From positions 704,001 to 768,000 of the forward strand of contig CAWCNS010000004.1 in assembly GCA_963796965.1 (NCBI GenBank): a stretch of DNA of 64,000 nucleotides, given 5' to 3'. This DNA comes from Calditrichia bacterium (GTDB lineage Bacteria; Calditrichota; Calditrichia; JAJRVZ01). Made by a program: the position numbers and the translations under genes. Every line of letters begins with the position of its first letter. Within the stretch, counting starts at the first letter, position 1. The notes under the pieces are model-generated. The model was not told where the DNA came from, did not search any database, and saw nothing but the letters and a program-made list of their open reading frames with translations. Positions 43,001 through 53,572 of the stretch are shown in pieces.

Positions 43001-43684
43001 TGTCCCGGAGGGAACACCGCCCGCTTCTCCGTTCTTGGGCAGAGAAAAGATATCATAATAAGGTCCCGTTTGGGTGGCAGAATTAGCAGTATGTGTCTCA
43101 TGATTTCCAATCGTCGGCCAAACAACGGAATTTTGTAAAAGAATCGGGTACATTTCAAATAGGGCATTTTGAAATTCGCTATCCGTGCCATCGACGTAGG
43201 CATTATCACCTAACATTAACCACAAATCCGTTGGCGTCGAATCGGCATAGCTATAATAGGCATCTCTGACATTTGCCTGATTTTGATTTGCCGTGCCCGG
43301 ATCGCCAATGATCCAGATGCTTAATTTATCATTAGAACCTACAAGGGGAGATGTTTCAAAAAAATAGTCTAATCCGCTGCTGCTGATGGTACCAACACTG
43401 CCCACAGAATAATAGTATTTTGTATCCGGGATAAGATCATTTAAAAGAATCTCATGTTCAGTGGTGAGTTCGGCCTCACTCACACTTAATAAAAGGGAAT
43501 CGGAATGTAGGCCATAATTAATCTGACTGCTCGTTGCTATTTCGGTTCGCCAGCGAATGATCATACTTTCCGGTGTGCCCTGTTGTAAATAGGGTCCCCG
43601 TATAATAGGATAATCAAAGCCAAAAAGATCAATGGCTACGAATAAAAAGAATAGGATGATTATTTTTATATTGCGGTTTAACAT
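40028..43684 (-). CDS. Secreted purple-acid-phosphatase-type metallophosphoesterase with cadherin/Ig-like repeats and C-terminal sorting domain
   Basis: GD, GDNAY, GNHE, GHSHSYERS; NDPP/NDQP repeats; QNYPNPFNP. Confidence 0.9.
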   Translation of the reverse strand: MLNRNIKIIILFFLFVAIDLFGFDYPIIRGPYLQQGTPESMIIRWRTEIATSSQINYGLHSDSLLLSVSEAELTTEHEILLNDLIPDTKYYYSVGSVGTISSSGLDYFFETSPLVGSNDKLSIWIIGDPGTANQNQANVRDAYYSYADSTPTDLWLMLGDNAYVDGTDSEFQNALFEMYPILLQNSVVWPTIGNHETHTANSATQTGPYYDIFSLPKNGEAGGVPSGTEAYYSYNYANIHFICLNSCDFSSSDYDIMLDWLNQDLLVNDQIWTIAYCHMPPYSKGSHDSDTEGQLIDVRELIVPILEDAGVDLLLGGHSHSYERSFLMNGHYGSSNSITDAMYLDDGDGRKDGDGPYRKPSLKNGAHEGTVYAVVGSSGKVTVDGTLDHPAIFTSFFELGSLVLSVEFNKLDAVFLDDGGNQLDYFSIIKGDNRESNDPPIVNEIPGQTIMEGTSFDALMLDHFVIDLDHTDDQMNWVANGQSNLSIVIDDNRVATISVNDSNWAGQETILFTATDPEGLSGSDSVLFIVENINDPPVVDDIADQTRDEGVIFESITLDTFVTDLDNSDEEITWKVSGQLNLNVVIDEQRVATITAIDSNWFGTESLLFTATDPEGLSDSDSITCTVNPVNDQPQISPIPDQTIVEDSLFKPIMLDDFVNDPDNDDDQINWVANGQLNLTVLIDENRVATITVIDTNWFGNETILFTASDSAGLSDSDSVLFIVENMNDPPVVDDIADQTRDEGVIFESITLDTFVTDLDNSDEEITWKVSGQLNLNVVIDEQRVATITAIDSNWFGTESLLFTATDPEGLSDSDSITCTVNPVNDQPQISPIPDQTIVEDSLFKPIMLDDFVNDPDNDDDQINWVANGQLNLTVLIDENRVATITVIDTNWFGNETILFTASDSAGLSDSDSVLFIVENINDPPIIITLDRLLCKEDFKLNLNFTYLYDFVTDEDNPDSTLFFSLNSSEYLSVLAVSDSFIITPKDNWYGLDTLKIRVSDGHLSDSTDLFIQVTPLNDPPEIVNLPDEIQLDPDSSKILVLKDHVTDIDSNSDSLRWNFVVTNDSLIVVHDPKTGLLTLSAPNYSGETELICIVRDDSLASDTDTILVHSRVITKIEDYTMGKPKDYALMQNYPNPFNPTTAITYSLPEQSHIQIEIYNLLGQRSDVLVDAEKNAGNYITSWDGSNLPSGIYFICLRAEGLDSKKNFVQVKKAVLLK

Positions 43685-43925
43685 TACATTTAAATGGTAG
43701 GTAGTTGGTTAAATATTGTGTGATCTAAAACTGGCAAAAGTAAAAAACTTTAAAAAAGATTCAAAGGAATAATCGAAAGTTAATACCTGTCAGTACCCTT
43801 TAATATATACTAGAAACTTTGCTAGCGCAACAATTAGATTACGTTTCAGATTAATTTGATTATCCCCGCTGTATGTGTATATTTTGTTCCTGTCCTCCCT
43901 CAAAAAACAGTTAAGATCTTTTGCT

Positions 43926-45521
43926 ATGAAAAAAACATTCCCGATATATTTCACCATTTTTTTAATTTTCTTTTTTTATTTGCCTGATGCTGTTTCTCAA
44001 CCATCTCCTCTTAAAAAGAATCAGGATCGTAAAACGGATGCGATCAGGGCTGAGACCGTCGCTTATCTTAACTTTATTGATCCCGGCGTTACCCCTTTCA
44101 CTGGCTATCGCTGGTGCGATGTGGCCGGAAATTTATACAGCGATAGTTACCGTACCAGCTACCGCTATGATGACACTGATGTGCAGGTACAGATCAGTTT
44201 TGAGCAAAGCGATAGCACCTGGCATGGACAACTTTCCGCGACCCATTTGAAACCCAATTTTGCCTATCAACTCAAGCTGAACGGGATTTCGGGGATGGCA
44301 TCCAATGAGCGGATCGGGCTGGCCGGGCGTTGGTGGCAGGAGGAGTGGGATGGCAGCCAGTGGAGCAATGGACAAAACCTGAACAATAAAGATGATGGCA
44401 CCTCCCCCAATCCCAATGATCTTGTCTATTTTGCCCGGCGTGATGTGGCCGATGCGACCAGTCCTACCGGTCTGCACTACCGTTATACCGGTTATCTGGT
44501 ATTTGATTATTTCATAACCGATGAAAACGGCGATGCCCTGCTGGATTTCGAAGCAAACAGCAGTTATCATGTTCTCTGGAATACAATTCAAACGACGCCT
44601 TCGTCTAATGACGGGCCTTCCAAAACAGCCAGTTTTGATCCCGATCCGGCCCAAACTGCCTACGATTATGATTACCCGGCGGCGACGATGACGATTTTCG
44701 GTGAATGGGAACGCTTGCCGGTCGGAGAGGTTTATTTAGCCACCGGTAACTACGACTGCCAGATTATTCTGACCGAAGAATCATTCCACGGCTGGCCGCC
44801 GGGCGGTTCCTTTACCGGGCAATGGGCAGCCGCTATGGGAACAACTATTCAATTTACGATTGTAAAAGATGATCCGCTCCCCGTGCAACTTTCATCCTTT
44901 TATGCCGAAGCAGGCAATTCATCTGTATTTGTCCGCTGGGTGACGGAAAGTGAACTAAATCATGCCGGTTTTGAACTCTTAAGATCCTTGCAGCAGACGG
45001 AAGGATTTTCGCCTGTCTCTGATTATCGTAGCAATTCTGATTTAGCCGGGCAGGGTAACAGCAGTATCAAACATGACTATGCCTATATTGATTGTGATGT
45101 TGTAGCGGGGCAATCCTATTGGTATAAATTAGTTGATATAGACCTTAGTGGGCAGCGAACCTATCATGGACCGGTTCATGTTTTTTTTCCGAGTAATAAA
45201 GGATTAAACCATCTATCATCTGATATCCTGGAAGCGTTTATATTGTATACGAATTTCCCTAATCCCTTTAATTCTATAACTATGATAAGGTTTGACCTTC
45301 CCAGTAGCAATCAGCTCCAGAATACCATTAGTTTAGCGATTTATAACAGCAGTGGTCAAAAAGTGCGGACGCTCTATCAGGGTTATCTTGCCAGCGGCTC
45401 CTTTGAAATCGCCTGGGATGGCAGATCGGATAGGGGGCTGGGGGTGGCAAGCGGAATTTATTTTGTCGTTTTAAATATGGGAGGCAAAGTAAAAACCGGG
45501 AAAATCATGTTGATGAAATAA
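43926..45521 (+). CDS. Secreted protein with C-terminal sorting domain, function unknown
   Basis: Signal peptide; PLPVQLSSF, WVTESE linker; NFPNPFN...GIYFV. Confidence 0.7.
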   Translation: MKKTFPIYFTIFLIFFFYLPDAVSQPSPLKKNQDRKTDAIRAETVAYLNFIDPGVTPFTGYRWCDVAGNLYSDSYRTSYRYDDTDVQVQISFEQSDSTWHGQLSATHLKPNFAYQLKLNGISGMASNERIGLAGRWWQEEWDGSQWSNGQNLNNKDDGTSPNPNDLVYFARRDVADATSPTGLHYRYTGYLVFDYFITDENGDALLDFEANSSYHVLWNTIQTTPSSNDGPSKTASFDPDPAQTAYDYDYPAATMTIFGEWERLPVGEVYLATGNYDCQIILTEESFHGWPPGGSFTGQWAAAMGTTIQFTIVKDDPLPVQLSSFYAEAGNSSVFVRWVTESELNHAGFELLRSLQQTEGFSPVSDYRSNSDLAGQGNSSIKHDYAYIDCDVVAGQSYWYKLVDIDLSGQRTYHGPVHVFFPSNKGLNHLSSDILEAFILYTNFPNPFNSITMIRFDLPSSNQLQNTISLAIYNSSGQKVRTLYQGYLASGSFEIAWDGRSDRGLGVASGIYFVVLNMGGKVKTGKIMLMK

Positions 45522-45688
45522 GGTGATTTTGGCGCGTCATCAAAATAAATCAATCAGGACACAGAGATCACTGAGGCCATTCAGATAATTTAAAAATAAT
45601 ATATAAAATTTTCTCTGCGCACGCTGTGGCTATAAAAAATCAATGGTATATCAAGAAAAGCGTTTATCCTGTAATAATAAGAAAAGAT

Positions 45689-45836
45689 AAACACAAAGAA
45701 CCCAAAGAACACCCAAAGAACACCAAGAAAATATTTTATGATTTTAGATTATACCAACCTAAGAATTAATTCTTAAACTATGGATGGTGCTAACCAAAAT
45801 ATAAAAACCAGATATTTCTTGGCGTACTTTGTGTTT
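45689..45836. repeat. Degenerate gene-less GxxExxY-type inverted-arm element
   Basis: aaacacaaagaacccaaagaacacccaaagaacaccaagaaa ... tttcttggcgtactttgtgttt. Confidence 0.6.
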
Positions 45837-45955
45837 GGTCTTTTCTAATTATTTTCAACTTTTACTTGCTCGCTTAGGATAAAGTCTTGTATTATTAATG
45901 ATCGCAATATAAAATTTTGTAAATTACTTTACACATATAAAACCTGAGGAAACAG

Positions 45956-47872
45956 ATGATGACCCGTCTTGTCAACTTGCAAAGAATTCTCAATTTTTCA
46001 TTTCTTCTATGGCTATTATTCGGAGGTAGTCTTGCCGCTATCTCAGCCTTTTCTCAGACTGTGAACGTGAGCAAGGCACAACCCACGGTAATCACACAAG
46101 CACAGAACACAGGGATGAATTTGCAGTTTCCTGTTACTATTCAGCTCAACGGTGATCTGGCCCAACGCATCGCCCTTACCGAACGTCGGCTGCAGAGCCA
46201 CCCCTTTGATCTGGAGTTCATTGTACAGGATGTTGCCCGCATTGAAGGGAATCACCGGCGCTTTGAGGAATATGAAGGCGATGTCTCAGGCCGTGTGCTC
46301 GGTGCTTGGAGTTACATCTCCCGCCTCACCGCCAAACACCCGGCCCGGCTCGATAGCATTGCCGCACGGGTGTTGCAATACCAATCCCCGCAAGGGTGGT
46401 TTGGTCGTGATCAGCGCGGGGAAGCCTTCGACATGTGGGGGCGTCAGAATTTCGGCCATGGCCGCTTGCTTGTTGGCCTGGTCAACTACTATAAACTTAG
46501 TGGTGATGAGGTTGTTCGCGCTGCGGCGACAAAACTCGCTGATTACTTTGTGGCTACGATCCCTCTCTGGACCACAGCCTACGAAGAGAATCCGTGGAAA
46601 AAGACGGGAAAAATCGATTGGGCAAACAACACCTCAAACCGGCTTCACTTTATTAAAACGCACCAGACATCCGTTCTGGAAGGGTTGATGCTGCTGTATG
46701 GTATCTCGCCGGATCCGACCTATCTCGATGCCGGGCGGAAGATCGTCGACCTTTTCCCGGATTTTGGTCAGTTTCATTCCCACTCCTATATGAACACATT
46801 GGTTGGTGTGGGTATGCTTTATCAGTATACAGGTGAAAAACGCTATCTTGATCTGCTTCTCAAAAACTACTGGCAAGAGATAACACCTCGAAGTATGCCC
46901 GCTGATGGTGCTATTTGTGAATGGTTCCCAAGAGATAATCGCAGTGAAGGTTGTTCAATTACAGACTGGTTGAGGCTCAACTTAAAGATGTGGGAGATCA
47001 CCCGGGAGGCAATCTACATCGAACAAGTCGAGCGTACCTGGTTGAACGGGCTCAACTTTCACCAAACCGCTAACGGGGTCTTCGGTCATGCCAACCTTAC
47101 CCCGACAGGTTACACGGCCGATTATTCTGAGGCCTGGTGGTGTTGCCTTATGCACGGGTTGTTTGCCTATGCAGAGATCGTTGAGCATACGGCAGCGGCG
47201 CAAGGCAATGACCTCTGGTTCAATCTTTATACGCCGATGTCATTCGTCCTGCAGGACCAGAACTTAAGGGTTGAAACTTCCTATCCGGCAAAGGGCATGA
47301 TTAAGGTCATACCCGCTGCAAAGGGTAAAAAAACCATCCATTTGCGCATACCAGCATGGGTAGATCAATTCGAGGTACGCATTAACGACACGGTCGCAAG
47401 CGGGGAGATGGATAAAGGTTATTTTGTGATCACACGAATCTGGCAGCCGGAAGAAACGATTACACTCAGTTTTCCGGTCGGGTTAAGGATCGAAGACCTG
47501 CGCGGAAATTCGTTAGGGGATATGCGCGATCCTGGTGATTACCTGTACAGCGCCTACCTTTTCCACGGTCCCCTGATGCTGGGCATCGACACGCACTTCA
47601 ACCAGGCGTTTCCGCAGGTATTAATGTTCAGCACAGTTGGGGATTACCAACTACCCTTCACCCCCGGACCCTTTGCCATCGAAGGTGCCCGCTATCAATT
47701 GCCCGCACAGTTTAACGGGCACAAAGGCAGTGCTATCCTGATACCGTTGAGTGAGCAAACGGGTTATGCCGACTGGACAAATAATTTGCAGAATTTTATT
47801 CGTGATGGAGAAAAACCGATTCAGCGCGCGGCTGTGCAGACCCGACATCAGATCCAGATAGTAAAAGAATAG
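45956..47872 (+). CDS. GH127-like glycoside hydrolase (beta-L-arabinofuranosidase family)
   Basis: SEGCS, WWCC, TSYP, LRIPAW, GPL motifs; signal peptide. Confidence 0.8.
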   Translation: MMTRLVNLQRILNFSFLLWLLFGGSLAAISAFSQTVNVSKAQPTVITQAQNTGMNLQFPVTIQLNGDLAQRIALTERRLQSHPFDLEFIVQDVARIEGNHRRFEEYEGDVSGRVLGAWSYISRLTAKHPARLDSIAARVLQYQSPQGWFGRDQRGEAFDMWGRQNFGHGRLLVGLVNYYKLSGDEVVRAAATKLADYFVATIPLWTTAYEENPWKKTGKIDWANNTSNRLHFIKTHQTSVLEGLMLLYGISPDPTYLDAGRKIVDLFPDFGQFHSHSYMNTLVGVGMLYQYTGEKRYLDLLLKNYWQEITPRSMPADGAICEWFPRDNRSEGCSITDWLRLNLKMWEITREAIYIEQVERTWLNGLNFHQTANGVFGHANLTPTGYTADYSEAWWCCLMHGLFAYAEIVEHTAAAQGNDLWFNLYTPMSFVLQDQNLRVETSYPAKGMIKVIPAAKGKKTIHLRIPAWVDQFEVRINDTVASGEMDKGYFVITRIWQPEETITLSFPVGLRIEDLRGNSLGDMRDPGDYLYSAYLFHGPLMLGIDTHFNQAFPQVLMFSTVGDYQLPFTPGPFAIEGARYQLPAQFNGHKGSAILIPLSEQTGYADWTNNLQNFIRDGEKPIQRAAVQTRHQIQIVKE

Positions 47873-48125
47873 AATAATCCATACTGGCCCATCTCTCTTT
47901 ATTACTCGATCCTATAGAGACTTCAGTCACCCATCTTTATATCTTATGAGCACCGTTTTTCTTTAATCTTAAATCTGACAAGGAATTCCCCCAATTATTA
48001 ATTATGTCAAAAAACTGTCGATAATGTTATTACTGTCCTAATATAACCGACATGGTGCGAAATTTATATTCCGGCAGGAGACAATATCTCATTAATTGGC
48101 AGGAATCTCCGAATGGAGGGGATGT

Positions 48126-48443
48126 ATGAAAATTCAGATTTATACGGATGATGGTAAATTATTAGATACCATAGAAGAAGTACATGTAAACCTTAAATCT
48201 CAGTTTGGGATGGGAAAACTATTAGATAAACTTCTTGATGTCTATAAAAATAAATACATGGCCTATATGTATGAAAAATATAAAATGGAACGCCGCAGCG
48301 GAGGGGAACGCCGCGGTGATGAAACTTCCACCCAAATTCTCCCGACCTTCCTAACAACGACATTCCAGATATTTCTTTCATATATTTTTACCGCAAAGAC
48401 GCAAAGTAGGCGCAAAGCACGCAAAGTTTTATTAAGATTTTAG
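48126..48443 (+). CDS. Small hypothetical protein; C-terminus runs into a repeat arm
   Basis: GGAGG before the ATG at 48126; ERRSGGERR motif. Confidence 0.4.
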   Translation: MKIQIYTDDGKLLDTIEEVHVNLKSQFGMGKLLDKLLDVYKNKYMAYMYEKYKMERRSGGERRGDETSTQILPTFLTTTFQIFLSYIFTAKTQSRRKARKVLLRF

Positions 48444-48550
48444 TTTTGTTTACCACAAAGGTCACCAGAAGGCAAAAGTCACAAAAATTGATTACAAATT
48501 ATATATATTTTTTCTTTGTGCTTTGGTGCATACTTTGTGCTCTTTGTGGT
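48390..48550. repeat. Solo CGCAAAG arm (48390-48426) followed by a gene-less CACAAAG element (48452-48550)
   Basis: accgcaaagacgcaaagtaggcgcaaagcacgcaaag; accacaaag ... ctttgtgctctttgtggt. Confidence 0.75.
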
Positions 48551-48668
48551 TTATTTTTTTACGATTCAATTTTTTGAATTTTGAGAATTTCTACCTATAT
48601 TAATCTAAACAAATTGACAATTGTCAATAGGCATTTGATACTTTCATATTGTAACAGGGGCGCGATAT

Positions 48669-48881
48669 ATGGATGGTGTAAAATCTTGTTCAAAGTGTCA
48701 CGGTGAAATGAAGAAAGGCCGGCTCTATACGCCAAAGGCGGATGTATCTGCTGAAGAATATTTTGATTATGTAAATTGGGAAGCGGCGGACGAAAAACGG
48801 TTTGGTGGATTATTTGCCTACAAATGCGATGGTTGTGGCTTTATTGAATTTTATGTGGAAAGCCGTCCACGAAAAAAATAA
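48669..48881 (+). CDS. Small zinc-ribbon protein
   Basis: CSKCHGEMKKG ... AYKCDGCGFIEFY. Confidence 0.65.
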   Translation: MDGVKSCSKCHGEMKKGRLYTPKADVSAEEYFDYVNWEAADEKRFGGLFAYKCDGCGFIEFYVESRPRKK

Positions 48882-49048
48882 ACTATCTCCTTGTGAAAAA
48901 TTAACACTAACCTCAATAATTATCCGAAGCTACCACTAAGACATTACGTCACAAAGTTATAATTATTTCTCTGCGTCGTTGCGTCGTTGCGGCGCTGCGA
49001 GAGATAAATTGACTGTGGTATATTTATTTGTATCATGGAGGATGTCTG

Positions 49049-50002
49049 ATGTTTCAAATTCTTGAAGAACAACAAAATGATCTTACCCGTTTGAAAATAG
49101 TTAATGAGAAGACAGGGGAATATGTATCAATAATTCCCCAGTATGGTGCAAATATAAATGAACTGGTTCTTAGAAATAAATCCGGATTATATTCTGTCCT
49201 GGATGGTAATAAAAAAAATGAGGATTTTGCTGGTGGAGGGATATATAATAGCGCCAAAATGATTCCTTTTCCCAATCGCATAGAGGATGGAAGTTATGCT
49301 TTTAAAGGAAAAGACTACCAATTGGACATGAATTTCCCTCATGAAAAAAATGCTATCCATGGATTAATATGTGACAAACCATTCAATGTCTTAAATAAAA
49401 AGGCCACAGAATTATCTGGTGAGATTAGTTTTGCTTTTCAATATGATCAAGAGCATAAAGGATTTCCCTTTAAATTTGAAACCCGGATTTCATGTAATCT
49501 TGTAGGCGGTGAAGGGCTTGTTTGCACCACAAGGGTGACAAACAATGGTCAGCAGTCCATGCCTTTCGGTGATGGCTGGCATCCCTATTTTAAGTTTGAT
49601 AAAAAAGTTGACGACATTTATTTAAAATTTTTATCAAAACATATCATCGACGTTGATCATCGTTCCATCCCCACAGGCAAAGTGGAGGAATACGATGAGT
49701 TTCATACCCTTAAACCAATTAAGGATACAGAGTTCGATTCATGCTTTTTGCTTCAGGGGGAGGGAAAAATTCATCGAGCAGAAATCTACGACGCACAGAA
49801 AGATGTTACGGTAATTGTTTGGCAAGAGATCGGTTCACAGGCCTATAATTATCTACAAGTGTACATTCCCCAATCGCGTATGTCTATCGCCCTGGAACCA
49901 ATGACATGTAATATTAATGCTTTTAATAATCAGGATGGGCTTATAATATTGGAACCGGGTGATTCTTTCGAGGGTCGGTATGGGGTCAGTATTTCCTATT
50001 AA
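49049..50002 (+). CDS. Aldose 1-epimerase family protein
   Basis: PFPNRI, NAIHGL, GWHPYF, FDSCF, IALEPMT. Confidence 0.9.
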   Translation: MFQILEEQQNDLTRLKIVNEKTGEYVSIIPQYGANINELVLRNKSGLYSVLDGNKKNEDFAGGGIYNSAKMIPFPNRIEDGSYAFKGKDYQLDMNFPHEKNAIHGLICDKPFNVLNKKATELSGEISFAFQYDQEHKGFPFKFETRISCNLVGGEGLVCTTRVTNNGQQSMPFGDGWHPYFKFDKKVDDIYLKFLSKHIIDVDHRSIPTGKVEEYDEFHTLKPIKDTEFDSCFLLQGEGKIHRAEIYDAQKDVTVIVWQEIGSQAYNYLQVYIPQSRMSIALEPMTCNINAFNNQDGLIILEPGDSFEGRYGVSISY

Positions 50003-50389
50003 TTAAATCTTGGATATATGGTTAATAGGGAAAATCCGGAATTGTTTTTGGACTAGATAAACAGAATATTTTAATATACTTAAATAAGTAAAACTCTTCG
50101 CGGCTTTCGTGGCATTTTCGTGACCCTTCGTGAAACTAATAACTATCACGAAGGGACACGAAACAATAGGTAGTGTCATCCCGATAGAATCGGGATATAA
50201 AAAAATGAAAAATAGGATTAAAAGATGAAACCGCAGAGAACACAGAGGGGAGATAATTTTAATCATCGTTAACATAAATGTAATCAATAGATTACTCAGT
50301 GTACTCTGCCTGCCCCGTAAAGTCTGACGGAGTCAGATTAGTACGGGGGGGCTATTTTTTACATTACCAAATAATATTTAAAGGAAAAA

Positions 50390-51022
50390 ATGAAAATTAA
50401 TCAAAATAACGGTGTGACTTCAAAGATCGTTTCCATTTTTATAGTGGGACTCATATATGCTATCCTCCGCTATAATGTGTTTAAAGGCGTGCCTTTGGAA
50501 AACTTTCCCCTGTATACCATGAACAAAGTTTTTGCGCTAACCGGCATTACCTTATTAATGCTATCCACTCTTATAAAAAGATTTAAGGGTACGGAAAATA
50601 ATAATCGATTCGCAAAAGAATTTGGACAGGTTGGATTCTCATTTATCATTATTCACGTTCTCAGTTCTTTACCTTTATTAAATGAAAATTACTTTAACAA
50701 GTTTTATAATCAGGGTAAATTTAATTTGATCGGAGAATTGAGCCTGTTGTTTGGTATAACCGCTCTCTTTTTTATGTCATTTAATCAAGTTCGACTCTTT
50801 GTTAAAAGTTGCAATAATGAGAATGCAGAAGTAAATGATAAGTATAAAGGCCTCAGTTTATTGGGAATTATTCTGACTTTGGGGCATGTATTGGTTATGG
50901 GTTTCAATGGATGGCTAACCCCATCATTATGGCCTGGTTATATGGTACCTATAAGCCTGCTTAGTTTCCTGATACTCATGGTAGCCCTGTTAGCGAGATT
51001 GAAAAGCCCTTCTCACCAATAG
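50390..51022 (+). CDS. Membrane protein, ferric-reductase/STEAP-like TM domain
   Basis: Several TM helices with His residues (IIHV, LGHV), GFNGW. Confidence 0.5.
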   Translation: MKINQNNGVTSKIVSIFIVGLIYAILRYNVFKGVPLENFPLYTMNKVFALTGITLLMLSTLIKRFKGTENNNRFAKEFGQVGFSFIIIHVLSSLPLLNENYFNKFYNQGKFNLIGELSLLFGITALFFMSFNQVRLFVKSCNNENAEVNDKYKGLSLLGIILTLGHVLVMGFNGWLTPSLWPGYMVPISLLSFLILMVALLARLKSPSHQ

Positions 51023-51180
51023 TGAATTAAATAAGTTTAAAAAATCCAAATTGTTCCTATAACCTGGCATTAAAACGGACGAGCAATCTGAAAACAAATT
51101 TTTAATTCAATCTAATGCGACTAAATATTAAGACGATTATAATAATAAAGATAGGTCCCTGGATAAAATTATATATATGA

Positions 51181-51456
51181 GTGAAAAATATAATGGAACT
51201 TATAAAAATTGATCCCATTCCGGTTTGGAAATTTTTTGAGATACCTGAAGATGCTATAGAACGGTGTAAAAAACGTGCCCATAAAAAAGGGATGCGCTCA
51301 CAGGAAGGTCTTTACTGGAAAAGAGCAGCAACATTCTTGGAGACCGTGAGAGCCAGTACCGTAGATAAATTACCTGAGCGCGATTTTGACTGGATGCTCA
51401 AATTAAGGGTTCAATTCGAAAATGAATTAGAACGAATTAAATCACAAAACAATTAA
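51181..51456 (+). CDS. Hypothetical protein
   Basis: 91-codon open frame; no recognised motif. Confidence 0.45.
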   Translation: MKNIMELIKIDPIPVWKFFEIPEDAIERCKKRAHKKGMRSQEGLYWKRAATFLETVRASTVDKLPERDFDWMLKLRVQFENELERIKSQNN

Positions 51457-51586
51457 ATAAATAATCCTTCCCCAGTTATTGCCAGCGATTTATATTTATT
51501 AAACCCGTGGATGAACACTCTTTGTATAGGTAGCCTGAAACAAGTATCATTTGAACATTTGAGTAAACAATTCTATATTAAATGCC

Positions 51587-52300
51587 ATGGATCTTTCAAT
51601 AATAATTCCTGCTCTAAACGAAGAAAAAAAAATCGCCAATGATATTCTGGCCGCGAGCACTTTTCTGATGGATGCCAATATGTCTGGTGAAATAATTATT
51701 GTTGATGATGGAAGTAAGGATGATACCTCACGTGTCGCAATTAATTGTCATGTTCCGGAACCGGTATCGGTTAAAATTATCAGATATGAATATCATCGTG
51801 GTAAAGGACATGCGGTAAGAATGGGTATTGCCGATTCCAAAGGTGACTTTGTGATGTTTATGGATAGTGGTAATAATGTGCCCCTTTATTATATCACTAC
51901 GGGTCTGGATTTAATAAAAAGTGGTAAGTGTCATATTGCCATGGGATCAAGAAAACTTCCGGCTAGTAAGATCCGCAAGCATCTTGTCTGGTATCGACGA
52001 ATTACATCTATGATCTTTGGCAAATTTATCAGATTTTACTTTAATATTCCCAGGCATCTTACTGATACGCAATGTGGATTTAAGATTTATAATGGTGAAA
52101 TTGCAAGAGAATTATATCTGGATTCTCTTGCTGATGGATTTGCTTTTGATCTTGAAATTATATTAAGGGCAAAATCAGTGGGATATAAGTTGATGGAATT
52201 TCCAATTGAGTGGTCATGTGATCGCGATTCCCGGCTTTCGATTTTTTCTTCGGGAAAAATATTCGGCGAACTGAAAAGAATCAAAAAACTACTACGTTAA
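51587..52300 (+). CDS. GT2 dolichyl/polyprenyl-phosphate glucosyltransferase-like protein
   Basis: SIIIPALNEE, VDDGSKD, GKGHAV, DTQCGFK, FAFDLE. Confidence 0.9.
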   Translation: MDLSIIIPALNEEKKIANDILAASTFLMDANMSGEIIIVDDGSKDDTSRVAINCHVPEPVSVKIIRYEYHRGKGHAVRMGIADSKGDFVMFMDSGNNVPLYYITTGLDLIKSGKCHIAMGSRKLPASKIRKHLVWYRRITSMIFGKFIRFYFNIPRHLTDTQCGFKIYNGEIARELYLDSLADGFAFDLEIILRAKSVGYKLMEFPIEWSCDRDSRLSIFSSGKIFGELKRIKKLLR

Positions 52301-53250
52301 TTTTTCAAACTCCCCAAATGTAATGGTCTGTTTATTTCTGCTTCTGTCATCCCGCAGTATCAATGCAGATATCTCCCGATTATCAGAAATATATTTATAA
52401 ATAACATCCTCTGGCATGATCATAAAAGCGGTTGAAAGGGCATCACCAAGTGCCGCGGACGGGGTATAGGTCCAGGCAGCCACTCTGTCTTCCACAGGAA
52501 AACCTGTGTAAGGATTGATGATATGTGAACCTTTTTGTAAACCAGATCCACTGATAGAGGCAAATCTCAAATTTATGCTCTGAATTACTTCCTGGGGCTT
52601 CTCGGGATCACTGATCGTTAATGGCCACCCAGCCAATTTGCCCGGACTGTCCAGAGCAAGAGTAGAACTCCTGCCACCATGTAATAAGGCAACAGAAATA
52701 TCCCATTCCATTAATATTTCAGCCATACGATCCAGTGCATAGCCTTTTCCATAGCCCCCCAAATCCAATTGGACATCATCAATCAGCAAGGTAACCTCAT
52801 GACTGACTGGATTTATTTCCAACTTTTCTCTGCCCATGTATTTTAATAAATTATTTAACTGTGACTCAAATTGGCTATCGCTATATTCTTGTCTATTGCG
52901 CCATAATTTTATCAAAGGTCCTGAGCTGATGTCAAAGGCCCCTTCCGTATCCCTATATAAAGTTTGGCAAGCCTGTAGACAATTGAAAACATCCGGACCT
53001 ACAATTACGGACTGATTCTTGCTTAAACTGTTTATTCGGGATATATCACTATTCTCGATATAACGGCTGAGCTCCTGTTCAAGATGATCCAATTCGCTAA
53101 ATGCTTCGTCCGCTGCCTGGGAGGCATATCCTTGGTCTTTATGACAATAAATATTTCAAAAATTGTCGCCATGGCTTCATGAGAAAAGCGGTGGATTCCG
53201 TTTTTCTCCAACCAATCTTCGCGGCTAGTTTGTAAATCGATTTCGCTCAT
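52292..53250 (-). CDS. apbE: ApbE FAD:protein FMN transferase (frameshift near 53135)
   Basis: HEAMATIFEI, GAFDIS, DLGGYGKGYALD, HIINPYTG, DALSTAF. Confidence 0.85.
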
Positions 53251-53276
53251 TTATAATGCCTTCGCACCCTTTCCTG

Positions 53277-53458
53277 GGGCTGTTGCAGTTTAGGATATTT
53301 ACCTCAAACCGTAAGTAAGCAATGGCCAGTTTCCCCCTTGGAAAGGGGGACTAATCCCGTCCTACGGGACTAACCCCCTTCAAAGGGGGAATTAGATTTT
53401 GCTTAGTCGGACAGATATAAACATTCTTCTGTTATAATTATCTAAACTGCAACAGTCC
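53277..53458. mobile_element. MITE-like element with 17-bp terminal inverted repeats
   Basis: gggctgttgcagtttag ... ctaaactgcaacagtcc (16/17); non-coding interior containing hairpins. Confidence 0.6.
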
Positions 53459-53521
53459 TTCTCAAGGGGGAATAGATCCTGACATTTCAATATTGCGTTA
53501 AGAATCGAATATCTAATATTC

Positions 53522-53563
53522 AATTACAAATTCCCAATTCCCAATTCCTAATCCCTAATTCCA
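53522..53563. repeat. Heptamer tandem repeat (AATTCCC-like)x6
   Basis: aattaca aattccc aattccc aattcct aatccct aattcca. Confidence 0.75.
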
Positions 53564-53572
53564 TCTATTTTG

